The position numbers and the translations under genes are program-made. Under the pieces are notes generated by a model. That model was given only the letters and a program-made list of their open reading frames with translations. It did not search any database and was not told where the DNA came from. From a virus (Duplodnaviria > Caudoviricetes), in the IMG/VR virus record IMGVR_UViG_3300032605_002490, positions 1-35,224 of that record: a stretch of 35,224 nucleotides of DNA; one strand, 5' to 3'. Position 1 is the stretch's first letter. Each line of letters opens with the position of its first letter. Below are positions 27,501 to 35,224 of this stretch, piece by piece.

Positions 27501-28439
27501 ACAAAACTCATCGCGGTCAACACCGCCATTCCGACTTTAAGTCCAACGACATTGTTCCCCGGAGCGGTCGTTACTTGTTCGCCGGGAGCGTGGAACTATC
27601 ATCCCACCACTTACAATTATCAGTGGCGGCGGAACGGCGTCGCCATCTCCGGCGCAACCAACCCAACTTATCTGGTTGCCACGGGAGATGTGGGCGCGAC
27701 GTTCAGTTGTGCTGTCACCGCTACAAACCCGGCGGGAACAAGCGGAGCCGTTGTTTCAGCGACGAGTTCCCCCGTTGTCGCCGCCACAGCCATGCTGTCC
27801 GGTTCCTCGCTGCTTGCCTTCTGGAAGCTCGATGAAACCAGCGGCATGCGCATGGACATTTCTGGCAATGGACAGAATCTTACCCCATACGAAACCGTCG
27901 CTTCCTTGCCGGGTCCATTTGGCGCTGCTTGCGCGTCTTTCCGCAGAACAGGTTATCTCCAGAATACAGCCCTCACACCGAGTTTCACCGGACAAATTCT
28001 CACCGCATCCGTGTGGGTGCGTCCGCAGGCGCTTGAAGACGGAACTATTCTGAGTCAGTGGAACTGTGGCGGTTGGCTCAATCTCGCAACCTGCTCCTCG
28101 GGATTGAAGTTTGCTTTCGGCCACGATGCCCTCGACAACATCGTGGTTCCCGTTTCGACCGGAACCTGGCACCACGTCACCCAGTCCTGGGATGGCAACC
28201 AGATTCGCGTTACCGTCGATGGCCAGGAATACACCCTCAACAAGGCGAACATGCCGGAAAACCCGCCTTACCTTACAAATTCGGGCGCTCCATTTGACAT
28301 CGGGGCATCGGATACATGGAACGGCAATTCCCGTGGGAACTTCGACATCTGTTGCGTGGGGCTGTGGAAACGCGCCCTCACTGCCACGGAAACCGCAGCC
28401 CTTTACAACAACGGAGCCGGTTTCTTTTACCCATTTTAA
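24546..28439 (+). CDS. Tail fibre/adhesin with repeats, three Ig-like domains and C-terminal LamG domain
   Basis: 41-aa repeats, F.GDGSNL.N repeats, Y.YQW.R....ISGA....Y.....D.G....C.VT Ig units, AFWKLDE...D.SGNG / WHHV..SWDG / WKRALTATE..LYN LamG signature. Confidence 0.85.
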   Translation: MKITVSLDSQAVIVQPTPLRIKAGAFVPVAIAFTRAAQTVTLPQGAAIEFALKPRNQWTGGLLAYLNSFEVTAGNIYNGTLNCSSSSLLSALGLNDSTPLNDLPQLEASGEVTWSVGNQKFRSSTFPVIIETPITDDNPIPSPDPELYPAPGTIALKSDIPTLPDLTPYALKSEIPAVGTASKLDAGVADGAATLDTGGKLVQAQIPDSVALKSELPVVGTAAKLDEGVPNGAATLDAGGKLVQGQVPDAVALKTELPAFASTTEAAVGTRADVVMSPLDVAAWFDAKLPGNAGLALLGNDSWGLPDLSSYSGRLAGDGTSISGVSAIGLISPLGLQFYDSGAGMWVSSATLQAPGINGPYGANFSDNFGTWLFVNGIQAPWFSGDGTNLSNLTAFQLISPWGYSIYDSGCGNWQVDGNLNANSFFGCFSGDGSNLSNLTAFQLNSPYGNALFDSGGGEWQVNGDLNANGFYGNFNGDGSNLNNLTALQLLSPYGNSIYDSGSGNWQIGGNVYANTFNGAFSGDGSNLSNVAAVQVTSPWGCSIYDAGSGNWQVDGGVASGWFSGDGSSLSNLTAFQLNSPYGYGIYDSGWGNWQVGGGMSAGWFNGSFGGDGSGLYNINASQLDSPYGYSIYDSGWGNWQVNGWMYGSFIGDGGGLQNVFAQYACCDQNGNDIVNTYPQQWGYYGSMSVGGADWANGASSSNYSSYANADNWGYQLYGAGNIPWNYFGGSPNPGDVVAFDGNNWTPSLAFPTPTTVSNAAARYATSGMRPGWLVKQLDNRTVYQVLDPNDCATELGWVPVGPFILVPVNSTPLTIDNPSPTLGATIHCSLGTWSDNPTAYAYQWYRNSSAISGAIALTYTVVAADDGASLQCVVTATNAAGTGTDSASIQVVVLTAPTNTAAPAISPAGAPNIGDTLSLSGGSWTGYGYTVSYQWKRGGTAIPGATGATYTLGAADAGQSITCAVTRTNIRGSASVTTAATGTVTKLIAVNTAIPTLSPTTLFPGAVVTCSPGAWNYHPTTYNYQWRRNGVAISGATNPTYLVATGDVGATFSCAVTATNPAGTSGAVVSATSSPVVAATAMLSGSSLLAFWKLDETSGMRMDISGNGQNLTPYETVASLPGPFGAACASFRRTGYLQNTALTPSFTGQILTASVWVRPQALEDGTILSQWNCGGWLNLATCSSGLKFAFGHDALDNIVVPVSTGTWHHVTQSWDGNQIRVTVDGQEYTLNKANMPENPPYLTNSGAPFDIGASDTWNGNSRGNFDICCVGLWKRALTATETAALYNNGAGFFYPF
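25053..25320 (+). repeat. 123-nt (41-aa) tandem coding repeat
   Basis: ALKSE.P.VGTA.KLD.GV..GAATLD.GGKLVQ.Q.PD.V starting at 25053, 25176, partial at 25299. Confidence 0.85.
25488..26530 (+). repeat. About seven 41-46-aa coding repeats
   Basis: F.GDGSNLSNLTAFQL.SP(Y/W)G..IYDSG.GNWQV.G units, mostly 138-nt period. Confidence 0.85.
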
Positions 28440-28464
28440 CCCAATTTCTGGAGCATGAAGCTCC

Positions 28465-28707
28465 ATGAACAACCAAACCCAAAATCCTATGCTGACAAAA
28501 ACACCTGAAGCCCAAGCGGCTGAATATGCCAATAGCCTCCTGAATATGGCTAACCAGTTTCAGCAACGCGTGCTATCGCTCACGACCAACGGTGCTGCCG
28601 CCAATCCCCAGATTGGCGCTCCTGCCGTTTCCGCTGACCAGATCGGCTCCGCGCTCGGAAACGCGAATCTGACCAAGATTCAGGCGGCCATTGCGGCCCT
28701 CGCTTAA
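28465..28707 (+). CDS. Hypothetical small protein
   Basis: 80 aa Ala/Asn/Gln-rich ORF after fibre. Confidence 0.6.
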   Translation: MNNQTQNPMLTKTPEAQAAEYANSLLNMANQFQQRVLSLTTNGAAANPQIGAPAVSADQIGSALGNANLTKIQAAIAALA

Positions 28708-28724
28708 AAGCCAATCGATCCGTT

Positions 28725-28755
28725 CGCCCTGACGGGGAACAGGGCGCTCTTTTTT
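28725..28755 (+). terminator. Intrinsic terminator
   Basis: CGCCCTG-ACGGGGAA-CAGGGCG then CTCTTTTTT. Confidence 0.65.
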
Positions 28756-28756
28756 C

Positions 28757-29044
28757 ATGACCACTCCATCCGATCAACTCCACGATTTGTCCGAAAAGTG
28801 CGACCTCTGCCGTGAATCCGTGCGCGAACGCCTTGCCTCATTCGACCGCCGCCTCTTCGCCTTGGAAATCATCGTTCGCGGCGAGGACGGACGCAACGGC
28901 ATGAAGGCTCAACTCACCGGGCTTTGTGAGCGTTTTGATGCCTTCGAGAAGAAAGCGATTCGCTGGATCGCGATTGGAACTTCTCTCCCTGGGGTGGTCG
29001 TAGCAGTGGTCGCCGTCTTGAAATTTCTCGGACGGGTTTGGTGA
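28757..29044 (+). CDS. Small coiled-coil protein with C-terminal TM (holin/XhlA-like)
   Basis: RGEDGRNGMKAQL followed by hydrophobic C-terminus. Confidence 0.5.
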   Translation: MTTPSDQLHDLSEKCDLCRESVRERLASFDRRLFALEIIVRGEDGRNGMKAQLTGLCERFDAFEKKAIRWIAIGTSLPGVVVAVVAVLKFLGRVW

Positions 29045-29056
29045 CCGTCCCAAGGA

Positions 29057-29608
29057 TCAACGCGGGAGATTCCGCTCCAGAAGTTTGACAACAATTGTGG
29101 CCACGTCGTTCTCGTAACCGCGATCCGCAAAGAGCCTCAGGTCGGCCACAAGCTCCGACGGCCCGACGAACATCCATCCGCGTTTCTTGAAGTGTTTTTT
29201 GAGCATCTCCTCGTCCTTCCCGTAAATCTTCCCCGCCACAAGGCACAGTTTAACGCTTGGTGAGGAAGAGATCATGCCATCGTCGGTTAACTGTTTGATG
29301 ACCTGCTTTTTGACCGCTTTGAACAAGCGGTCGTTTTGGAAAAGCTTAAAGCGGATTGCCGTAACGGAATCCGACACAGAAAACCCGGCGTATTGCACAC
29401 CCATCGAGTCGAGGTAACTCTTGCATTCGATCAGGAGGAGTTTCTTCTCGGCGGGTTTATATGCGACAATGTCGATTTCCGGGCGCGGCATCGAAGGATT
29501 TTCGAGCGCCCTTTTTGTCGCCTTGTCCAAGTCCACCTTGAATCCGATCCGGGTCCAGTAGCCCCGTGCCTCGAATGCCTTTGATACGATTGTTTCGAAT
29601 GCGTCCAT
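29057..29608 (-). CDS. PD-(D/E)XK nuclease-fold protein
   Basis: FE.IV...FEARGYW...PEIDIVAY......LIECKSYLDS; start taken at MDAFE. Confidence 0.7.
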   Translation of the reverse strand: MDAFETIVSKAFEARGYWTRIGFKVDLDKATKRALENPSMPRPEIDIVAYKPAEKKLLLIECKSYLDSMGVQYAGFSVSDSVTAIRFKLFQNDRLFKAVKKQVIKQLTDDGMISSSPSVKLCLVAGKIYGKDEEMLKKHFKKRGWMFVGPSELVADLRLFADRGYENDVATIVVKLLERNLPR

Positions 29609-29674
29609 CTGTGGCGACTTTATAGGCAAGAATCAGGAATGGCGAGCCCTCTCTATGCTCGCGTTCCACTGAGC

Positions 29675-30547
29675 CTAAATGCTTTCTACAGCGGCCATCC
29701 GCTCGAACTCAGGAAACAGGTCTGAGTGCTTCGCGGATATGAAGCGTACCACCTTGGCGTTTTCGAGAAGTCGTTTCAGGTATCCGCGTATCACGGTGAA
29801 GTTGAGCATGTTTTCGGCATAGGCGTCCTCTATGGCTTTGAAGTCGCGCTCAAGCACTTCCATTTCAGCCTCCATTTTTGCGAGATCCTCCGGCGAGATG
29901 GATTTTACCTTGGGTATTTGCGGATCGACCAGCTGATCCTTAACCGTCACCATGAACAGACCATCCGCATACCCCTTCGTGAAATTGTTTGCGCCGACCA
30001 TCAGCTCGGCAATCTCGATTTGCCTTACAGCCGTTACGCGCTTGAGAATTCGGAAAACAGCAGGACTCAACTGCTTGTCCTTGAGAAGCTCGACCGCCTC
30101 CTCGTGAATCCCTCGGAGCATGTTCAGGCGTGATTTGATTTCCCTCACGTCCATGTCCAGCGCGGCAGCGATCCGCTCGACCGCGACACCGTTTTTCACC
30201 GCGCGGGTGATCATGGCGTGTTCCTGAATCGGGGACAGGCGGTTGATCCGGGAGTTGTAGGTGAAGCTCTCGTCCTCGGTTGATATCAGGCACTCGACCT
30301 CTTTTATCCCGATCTCGCGCAACGCATACAATCGCAGATGTCCGTCCATGATTAGGTATACCCCGTCTTTGCCTTTTTGCGGATAGACCATCAGCGGTTC
30401 GATAACACCGACTTCCCTGATTGATGAAACGATGGAACGATAGCGGGTCACCTTTTTCTCGGGATCGGACAAATGCCGCACCGGGAGCAGCTGGGAGAGC
30501 TGGAGGGTTAGGCGCTCAAACTGGAAACCGACGACAGGCTTATTCAT
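29675..30547 (-). CDS. ParB-N + RepB C-terminal partitioning-type protein
   Basis: SIREVGVIEPL, IMDGHLRL, NRLSPIQEH, RQIEIAELM. Confidence 0.85.
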   Translation of the reverse strand: MNKPVVGFQFERLTLQLSQLLPVRHLSDPEKKVTRYRSIVSSIREVGVIEPLMVYPQKGKDGVYLIMDGHLRLYALREIGIKEVECLISTEDESFTYNSRINRLSPIQEHAMITRAVKNGVAVERIAAALDMDVREIKSRLNMLRGIHEEAVELLKDKQLSPAVFRILKRVTAVRQIEIAELMVGANNFTKGYADGLFMVTVKDQLVDPQIPKVKSISPEDLAKMEAEMEVLERDFKAIEDAYAENMLNFTVIRGYLKRLLENAKVVRFISAKHSDLFPEFERMAAVESI

Positions 30548-31431
30548 GCCGCCCTCCGGGGTTCAGAGTTAATGCGTTCCGATAGGCATTTGGGGATGGT
30601 GCCGAGATCTTCAGCGCGAAGCAGATTTACGAAATTCTCATCGTCGAGCAGACGCTTGAAGCCGGTGACAAGAAACATGAGGCTTGCTTCGCAGTGCTTG
30701 GCCTTTTTCACCATTACCTTCTGGCGTTGAGTTTCCTTGCGGAAAGCATTCACGTACCCGTCAGCGGTCGTGCGCGGGTTCTTGCCGCGTTGGCTGGAAC
30801 GCATGCGCTTTCCAAGAAACTTTCGCTGCTCGATGATACGCTTCACCGTCCTTATTGAGGCCTGATTGAGCTGCTTGTTCTCGTATGCTTTGAGCAGCTC
30901 ACGCTGGGCTTCAACGGATTCGGTTTTCGCAATGTCGATGGCCACTCCCAAAGGGATTTTCCCCTTCAGAGCTGCATCAAGCAGGCGTTCTTCGCCCGCT
31001 TTTTTAAGCACCAGCAGCCCGCCGACCAGGCCGTCGGCGATATCCAGTTTCTTGCCAATGGCCAGTTTGCTGTATCCAGCCTCCGTGAGCCGCTCAATCT
31101 CGTGGATCAGGTCCATCGGTGACGAAAAACGTCGCGCCATGTTTTCCACCAAGCTCATCAGAAGGCGGTCCTCCTTTGGAACTTCGACAACCACGGCAGG
31201 GATTTCGGTGTACCCCAGCGCCTGGTAAGCCTCGATGCGGCCCTGCCCGCAAACCAGATCGTATCCCGGCTCCTCGCCGTCTTTGACGATCCGGTTGCTT
31301 ACCTTGATCGGCTTTTTCAGGCCGAGGTTTCGAATGCTGTTGAGAACCTTTTCAAATTTCTTCCGATCCCTGGCTCGCGGGTTCAGAATTCGGATGAGTT
31401 CAATGGGGATGAGTGTGACGGATTCGTTCAT
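30544..31431 (-). CDS. ParB-N + RepB C-terminal partitioning-type protein
   Basis: LNPRAR, GLKKPIKV, LVCGQGRIEA, SLVENMARR; ATGA-coupled on both sides. Confidence 0.85.
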   Translation of the reverse strand: MNESVTLIPIELIRILNPRARDRKKFEKVLNSIRNLGLKKPIKVSNRIVKDGEEPGYDLVCGQGRIEAYQALGYTEIPAVVVEVPKEDRLLMSLVENMARRFSSPMDLIHEIERLTEAGYSKLAIGKKLDIADGLVGGLLVLKKAGEERLLDAALKGKIPLGVAIDIAKTESVEAQRELLKAYENKQLNQASIRTVKRIIEQRKFLGKRMRSSQRGKNPRTTADGYVNAFRKETQRQKVMVKKAKHCEASLMFLVTGFKRLLDDENFVNLLRAEDLGTIPKCLSERINSEPRRAA

Positions 31432-32972
31432 ACGGTTTGTTGGATGGTTGTTCTCGCTGTCATATGGAAAAAGAAATCGAGGGTTTGGAATCGGTAGGCG
31501 TCGAGATAGATGCCGTTGTCCTCCGCGATCCTGAGTTTCTCCCATGTCATGTCTATGGCTGGGAGAAGGTAGTAGTCCTGGATGCCTTCGTTCATCGTAT
31601 CCATTCGCACGGCGACCGTGATGTCGGGGCGCAGGGATTCGTCGAGACGGATGATCCACCGGGATGATCCGCGCATCGTGGTCTGGTGGCGGCAGAGCAC
31701 AATCGAAGCCCGAAACTCCCGGTTCACAATAAGAAGATCGGTCTGTTCGTGGGTGGTGACGCTGCCTCCCATCGCTTCGATCTGGGCGATTACTTCTGCG
31801 ACAATGGCGGGGTGCTGGCGGCGGAGACGCCGGTTGACCTCAATGAAACCGTAATCGGTCTGGGGCGTGTAGCCTATGAGGGAATATGCCGCTACGAGGC
31901 TGCCGAACCTGTGCCGGAAGGCGGCGCTTGACGGCATGTCATCGCACTCGTCGATGAGGATGCCGGAAATCCGCCCGCGCTGTTGCAGCACGCCCCTGAG
32001 CTTTTCGAGCATCTCCTCGTTGGTGAACTTCCGGCTGCGCTCGATGATGATACCCTGCGCCGCGAAAAAGATGGTCGGGTCTACGATCCCCTCGAAAGCC
32101 CCCTCCGTACGAATCCATCGATCCGGGGGATTGTTGACGTGCTTCTTTTTCAGTTTGAATGATGTCCGGTGGTAGACGTTGTTCCCGATGTATTTCTCGT
32201 TGGTCAGGACCTGATGGACGGTTGCGCGGTTCCACTCGCGACCGAAGTCCGTGATCAATCCGCGTGCATTGAGGGATTTTGCAATTTCCGATTCCTGGAG
32301 GCCCTGCTGGACGAAGGCGTCGTACATCCACTGGACTGCGGCGACTTCTTCCTCGGGGCCGCGCACCAGGATGACCCGGTCGGTTTGGAGGCTTTTCTGC
32401 TCGCCGATTTTGAGGACTCCCTTGTGCTGGCCATTCTGGTCGATGAGCATCCGGCGCAGGCCATACCCGGCGGTGCCGCCCTGCTTGAATCCCATCTGGA
32501 TGAGACGGCAGGCCCCCTGAAAGACTTTTGACGACAGCTCACGACTGTATTCACCAGCCATCGCCCGTTTCACGCCCTTGACGATAGTCGACACCGGGCT
32601 CCCGTCGTTTTCAAATTGCTCCGCGCAGTAGTGAACCGAGATGCCCGCGCGACGGCAGATGTATTCGTAATAGGCGCTTTCGTCTGCGTCCTGAAACCGT
32701 CCCCAGCGGCTCACGTCATAAACTAAGATGCAGGTGAAGTTGGCTGTCTTGCCTTGCACGTCGGAGATCATCAGCCCGAGCGAGTCACGGCCTTGGATGT
32801 TGAGGCCGCTCTTTCCCTCGTCGGAATACTTTCTCACGATCTCCATGCCACGGCGGGCGGCATACTCCAGGATCACGTCCATCTGGTTGTTGGTGGAGTA
32901 CTGCTGGTGCTCTGTGGACATGCGCACGTAGGCGGCGGCGCGTATCAGTTGAGAATTTTCGACATCACTCAT
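31428..32972 (-). CDS. Large serine recombinase (resolvase + recombinase domains)
   Basis: AAAYVRMSTEHQ, YSDEGKSG, VYDVSRWGRFQD, GGTAGYG, LTNEKYIG; start taken at MSDVE. Confidence 0.92.
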   Translation of the reverse strand: MSDVENSQLIRAAAYVRMSTEHQQYSTNNQMDVILEYAARRGMEIVRKYSDEGKSGLNIQGRDSLGLMISDVQGKTANFTCILVYDVSRWGRFQDADESAYYEYICRRAGISVHYCAEQFENDGSPVSTIVKGVKRAMAGEYSRELSSKVFQGACRLIQMGFKQGGTAGYGLRRMLIDQNGQHKGVLKIGEQKSLQTDRVILVRGPEEEVAAVQWMYDAFVQQGLQESEIAKSLNARGLITDFGREWNRATVHQVLTNEKYIGNNVYHRTSFKLKKKHVNNPPDRWIRTEGAFEGIVDPTIFFAAQGIIIERSRKFTNEEMLEKLRGVLQQRGRISGILIDECDDMPSSAAFRHRFGSLVAAYSLIGYTPQTDYGFIEVNRRLRRQHPAIVAEVIAQIEAMGGSVTTHEQTDLLIVNREFRASIVLCRHQTTMRGSSRWIIRLDESLRPDITVAVRMDTMNEGIQDYYLLPAIDMTWEKLRIAEDNGIYLDAYRFQTLDFFFHMTARTTIQQTV

Positions 32973-33367
32973 GGAAATAGGGGAAGGGGGTGGCCGGACA
33001 TGCCTGCGGGATGTTTGGAGCGATGGACATCCCCGCAGGTGCCTGCGAATCGCGCATCGCAGAAAGATCAAAACCATTGCCACCGGTTCTCGGTCGCACC
33101 CGCAGGTTTTCATGGCGGATATTTTGGTGTTTCGGGCACACCTCCCCACAAGCCCTCGACGCTCCAGAAATGCTCAGAGGGAAATCATGGGTCGATTCAG
33201 ATTTTTTGGCACGGTTGGAGGACTTTTTTGGCAATCGCCCCTCAATCGGCGGGTTCCAAGGTGTGGCGTTCATTCACGGGGCGCGATTTTCGGCGGATTC
33301 CCTCGGTTGGAAACAAACGAGTTGTGTGGGGATGGAATCCCGGCTCGCCTCCAATCATCCCTGCTGT

Positions 33368-33919
33368 TCAGCTTACTGGAATCGCGTGGCACTTATATGC
33401 CCCGAAAGCCGTAACCTGAAAGCAACAGACAAGTTGCCCTGTCGCGAGGGAAAGTGATCCCCAGAGATTTTTGAATATCCCCCAGAACCCTTCCAACGCA
33501 TCCATTGGCGGAGATCGGCTCAGACGAACCGCCGTGCGAACGATCAGTTCTGGGAACCACTGACAAAACCGCCGCAGATAGCGCCGGAGTAGGTAATCCC
33601 ATCGGATCACGTCGTCGGCATCCCGGTTGCCGTCGAAGAACATCTGGACGATTTCGTTCCTGACCAGTCGGTATGGCTGGGCGAAACTCGGAAGCAGGCT
33701 GACCGACACCCCGCATGAAGCGCACCGGAACCGCCGAACCGCAATTGGCATGACTCCCGATGATCCCTTTTTGCTTAAACTGCGGGTGTAATATCCGAGC
33801 GATTCAAAGCAATTTTGCCCGCCGCATGATGGGCAGTTCGGGGGAGGCGGGACTTCCTTGTGTGCCGCCCCGGCGACATACTGTTCTGGCGAACCAGAGA
33901 ATTCGAAGATGATCTGCAT
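33368..33919 (-). CDS. DUF6431-like Zn-finger protein (usually transposase-associated)
   Basis: CPSCG....LGYYTR...VRRFRCASCG.SVSLLPSFAQPY; start taken at MQIIF. Confidence 0.65.
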   Translation of the reverse strand: MQIIFEFSGSPEQYVAGAAHKEVPPPPNCPSCGGQNCFESLGYYTRSLSKKGSSGVMPIAVRRFRCASCGVSVSLLPSFAQPYRLVRNEIVQMFFDGNRDADDVIRWDYLLRRYLRRFCQWFPELIVRTAVRLSRSPPMDALEGFWGIFKNLWGSLSLATGQLVCCFQVTAFGAYKCHAIPVS

Positions 33920-33979
33920 CCTCGATAGTCGCACATGCCGGTTTGCTCGGTTGCGTGCGGGGGCTAGGCGCATCGGCAA

Positions 33980-33999
33980 GATCGTTGCGCAACGATCCA
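33980..33999. repeat. Palindrome GATCGTTGCGCAACGATC copy 3, just after integrase stop
   Basis: Perfect 18-bp palindrome 33980-33997. Confidence 0.9.
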
Positions 34000-34003
34000 C
34001 TGA

Positions 34004-35224
34004 CTATTCAGTTGAAGGCAGGATATTGAACCATTCCTCAGCCTGCTTTTCCGTGGCCAGTTCGCGATAGTGCTTGAAAATAATGGCAGAGGAATTGCCT
34101 GCTTCCAGCGCAACCTGATCTGCACTCTGTAATACCGCGATTCGGTAGCTGATGAAAGAATGTCTCAACACGTTGTTTGGCCATTCAAATCCACATTTTT
34201 TTGCCAATGGTGTGACCTTCCTGTAAATCTCATCGTTCTTCACCACGAGTCCAGTGCCGACGTGTGGCAAAAGCCACTCGCGTAAATTTTCACTGATGGG
34301 CACAACTCGCCGCGAAGCAGTCTTTGCCTGCCCGGCGCGGATCTGAATGATCTTTCGATCAAGATCGATGGCGTTCCAATCAAGGCGAACAATTTCCGCC
34401 GCGCGAAGCCCTGCGAATCCCCCGAGCACTATGAAGGGGATCATCTCTCCAGTGGCAAAGGATAGGATTTTAACCATCTGCTCAGGCGTAAAGATTTCAG
34501 TGTCGGTGTCGCCGACTTTTACTTTGGCGACAACCTCAGCCTCGGTGATTTCATTTTTCGGCAGATAGGAACGTGATTTTGCCCAAGAAAAAAATGTTCG
34601 AATGCTTGTGTGGACTGTATTCCTGCTGCGGGGCGCTCCGCCAAGTTTTCTCAACCACTCGTCAATCTGATGGCTTTTAACGTGGAGGATCGGGATCGGG
34701 AATGCCGCAGAAAAACGGTTCACATCGCTACGGAGTTGGTAAAGATAGCGTGGACTTGCTCCATCCTGCCTCTTGGATTCGATGAACTCTTCGGCTATTT
34801 CTGCCACTGTCACACCGGTTCGCACTCCACGGTTGCGCACGACGTAATCTTGGACAGCAGCAAGAAGGGAGGTCTGTCCGAGAACCTGCCTGCAGGCGAC
34901 ATATTCCTCAACCGCAGCAAGTAGGGGGGTGTTCAAGGCCCCGGTCAGTTTTCGGGCTGAAAGGAAAGTCTCGCAGTCGCCATTCGTCAGGCTTGAAATG
35001 AGTGACCGCCCGGAATTGAGGCTTCGTGCAACTCGCTTTGCCTCGTCCTTTGCAAGTTCAAGGGATCGAAAGTTTCGCCGGTAGCGGATTTCTCCGACGT
35101 ACCAGACAACGGAAAACAGAGGGCGTGCCCTGTTGGTGGTTGTATAAATCCTCACGTCGGATGAACCGACGCGAATACTCAGGGAAGTGGGACTGGATTT
35201 CAGGGTTCTGGCCTCAGTTGTCAT
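34004..35224 (-). CDS. Tyrosine recombinase/integrase
   Basis: AGLRAAEI (R), AKT (K), NVLRHSFISY, AGNS, KHY (Y); SAM-like N-domain; start at the window edge so may extend. Confidence 0.92.
   Translation of the reverse strand: MTTEARTLKSSPTSLSIRVGSSDVRIYTTTNRARPLFSVVWYVGEIRYRRNFRSLELAKDEAKRVARSLNSGRSLISSLTNGDCETFLSARKLTGALNTPLLAAVEEYVACRQVLGQTSLLAAVQDYVVRNRGVRTGVTVAEIAEEFIESKRQDGASPRYLYQLRSDVNRFSAAFPIPILHVKSHQIDEWLRKLGGAPRSRNTVHTSIRTFFSWAKSRSYLPKNEITEAEVVAKVKVGDTDTEIFTPEQMVKILSFATGEMIPFIVLGGFAGLRAAEIVRLDWNAIDLDRKIIQIRAGQAKTASRRVVPISENLREWLLPHVGTGLVVKNDEIYRKVTPLAKKCGFEWPNNVLRHSFISYRIAVLQSADQVALEAGNSSAIIFKHYRELATEKQAEEWFNILPSTE

Larger units (their letters stand above)
3886..29044 (+). mobile_element. 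Prophage virion morphogenesis region (lambda-like siphovirus); true prophage ends not determined
   Basis: Contiguous terminase-portal-protease-capsid-tail-tape measure-fibre order; no sheath gene recognised. Confidence 0.9.
29675..32972 (-). mobile_element. Serine recombinase-ParB/RepB-ParB/RepB module of an integrative element
   Basis: Three translationally coupled genes; arrangement commonly seen in genomic islands. Confidence 0.6.

Noticed and set aside
4829-28532. Long antisense ORFs (4829-5848, 9943-10956, 18921-19814, 24570-25874, 27756-28532)
   Set aside because: Shadows of GC-rich sense genes with no recognisable motifs
32973-33367. Possible tRNA/ncRNA or att site in the intergenic gap
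   Set aside because: No cloverleaf or matching direct repeat could be identified by eye
3845-34004. Integron interpretation (integrase plus attC cassettes)
   Set aside because: GTTGAC does not fit GTTRRRY, only one site has an attC-like fold, and I do not recognise the IntI-specific insertion in the integrase

Overview
Most of the window (~3.9-29 kb, + strand) is the complete virion-morphogenesis region of a lambda-like siphovirus prophage. The order is TerS, GpA-type TerL, a glycosyltransferase, a lysis cassette unusually placed between terminase and portal, gpW-like protein, lambda-type portal, S49 protease, scaffold, capsid, head-tail and tail genes with a -1 frameshift chaperone, a short tape measure, a hyper-acidic tail-tip-like protein followed by Cys-rich small proteins, and a repeat/Ig/LamG fibre. 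On the left lie a divergent ParB / TET-associated-type glycosyltransferase / RarA-C-like operon, an XRE + PGN_0703-like nuclease pair and a partial HhH glycosylase-like gene. On the right lie a PD-(D/E)XK gene, a serine recombinase-ParB/RepB-ParB/RepB module, a DUF6431-like gene and a tyrosine integrase. The most striking unexplained signal is a GTTGAC motif at a fixed distance (N14) from the start codon of the first gene of most structural modules, with no Shine-Dalgarno and no room for a -10 box. Accessory nuclease-like genes sit immediately upstream of several copies, and one gene is flanked by two nearly identical copies. Also notable are three copies of the palindrome TCGTTGCGCAACGA, tandem paralogous mini tail-tube genes and a holin-lipoprotein fusion. 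All family calls come from motif recognition by eye, not database searches.
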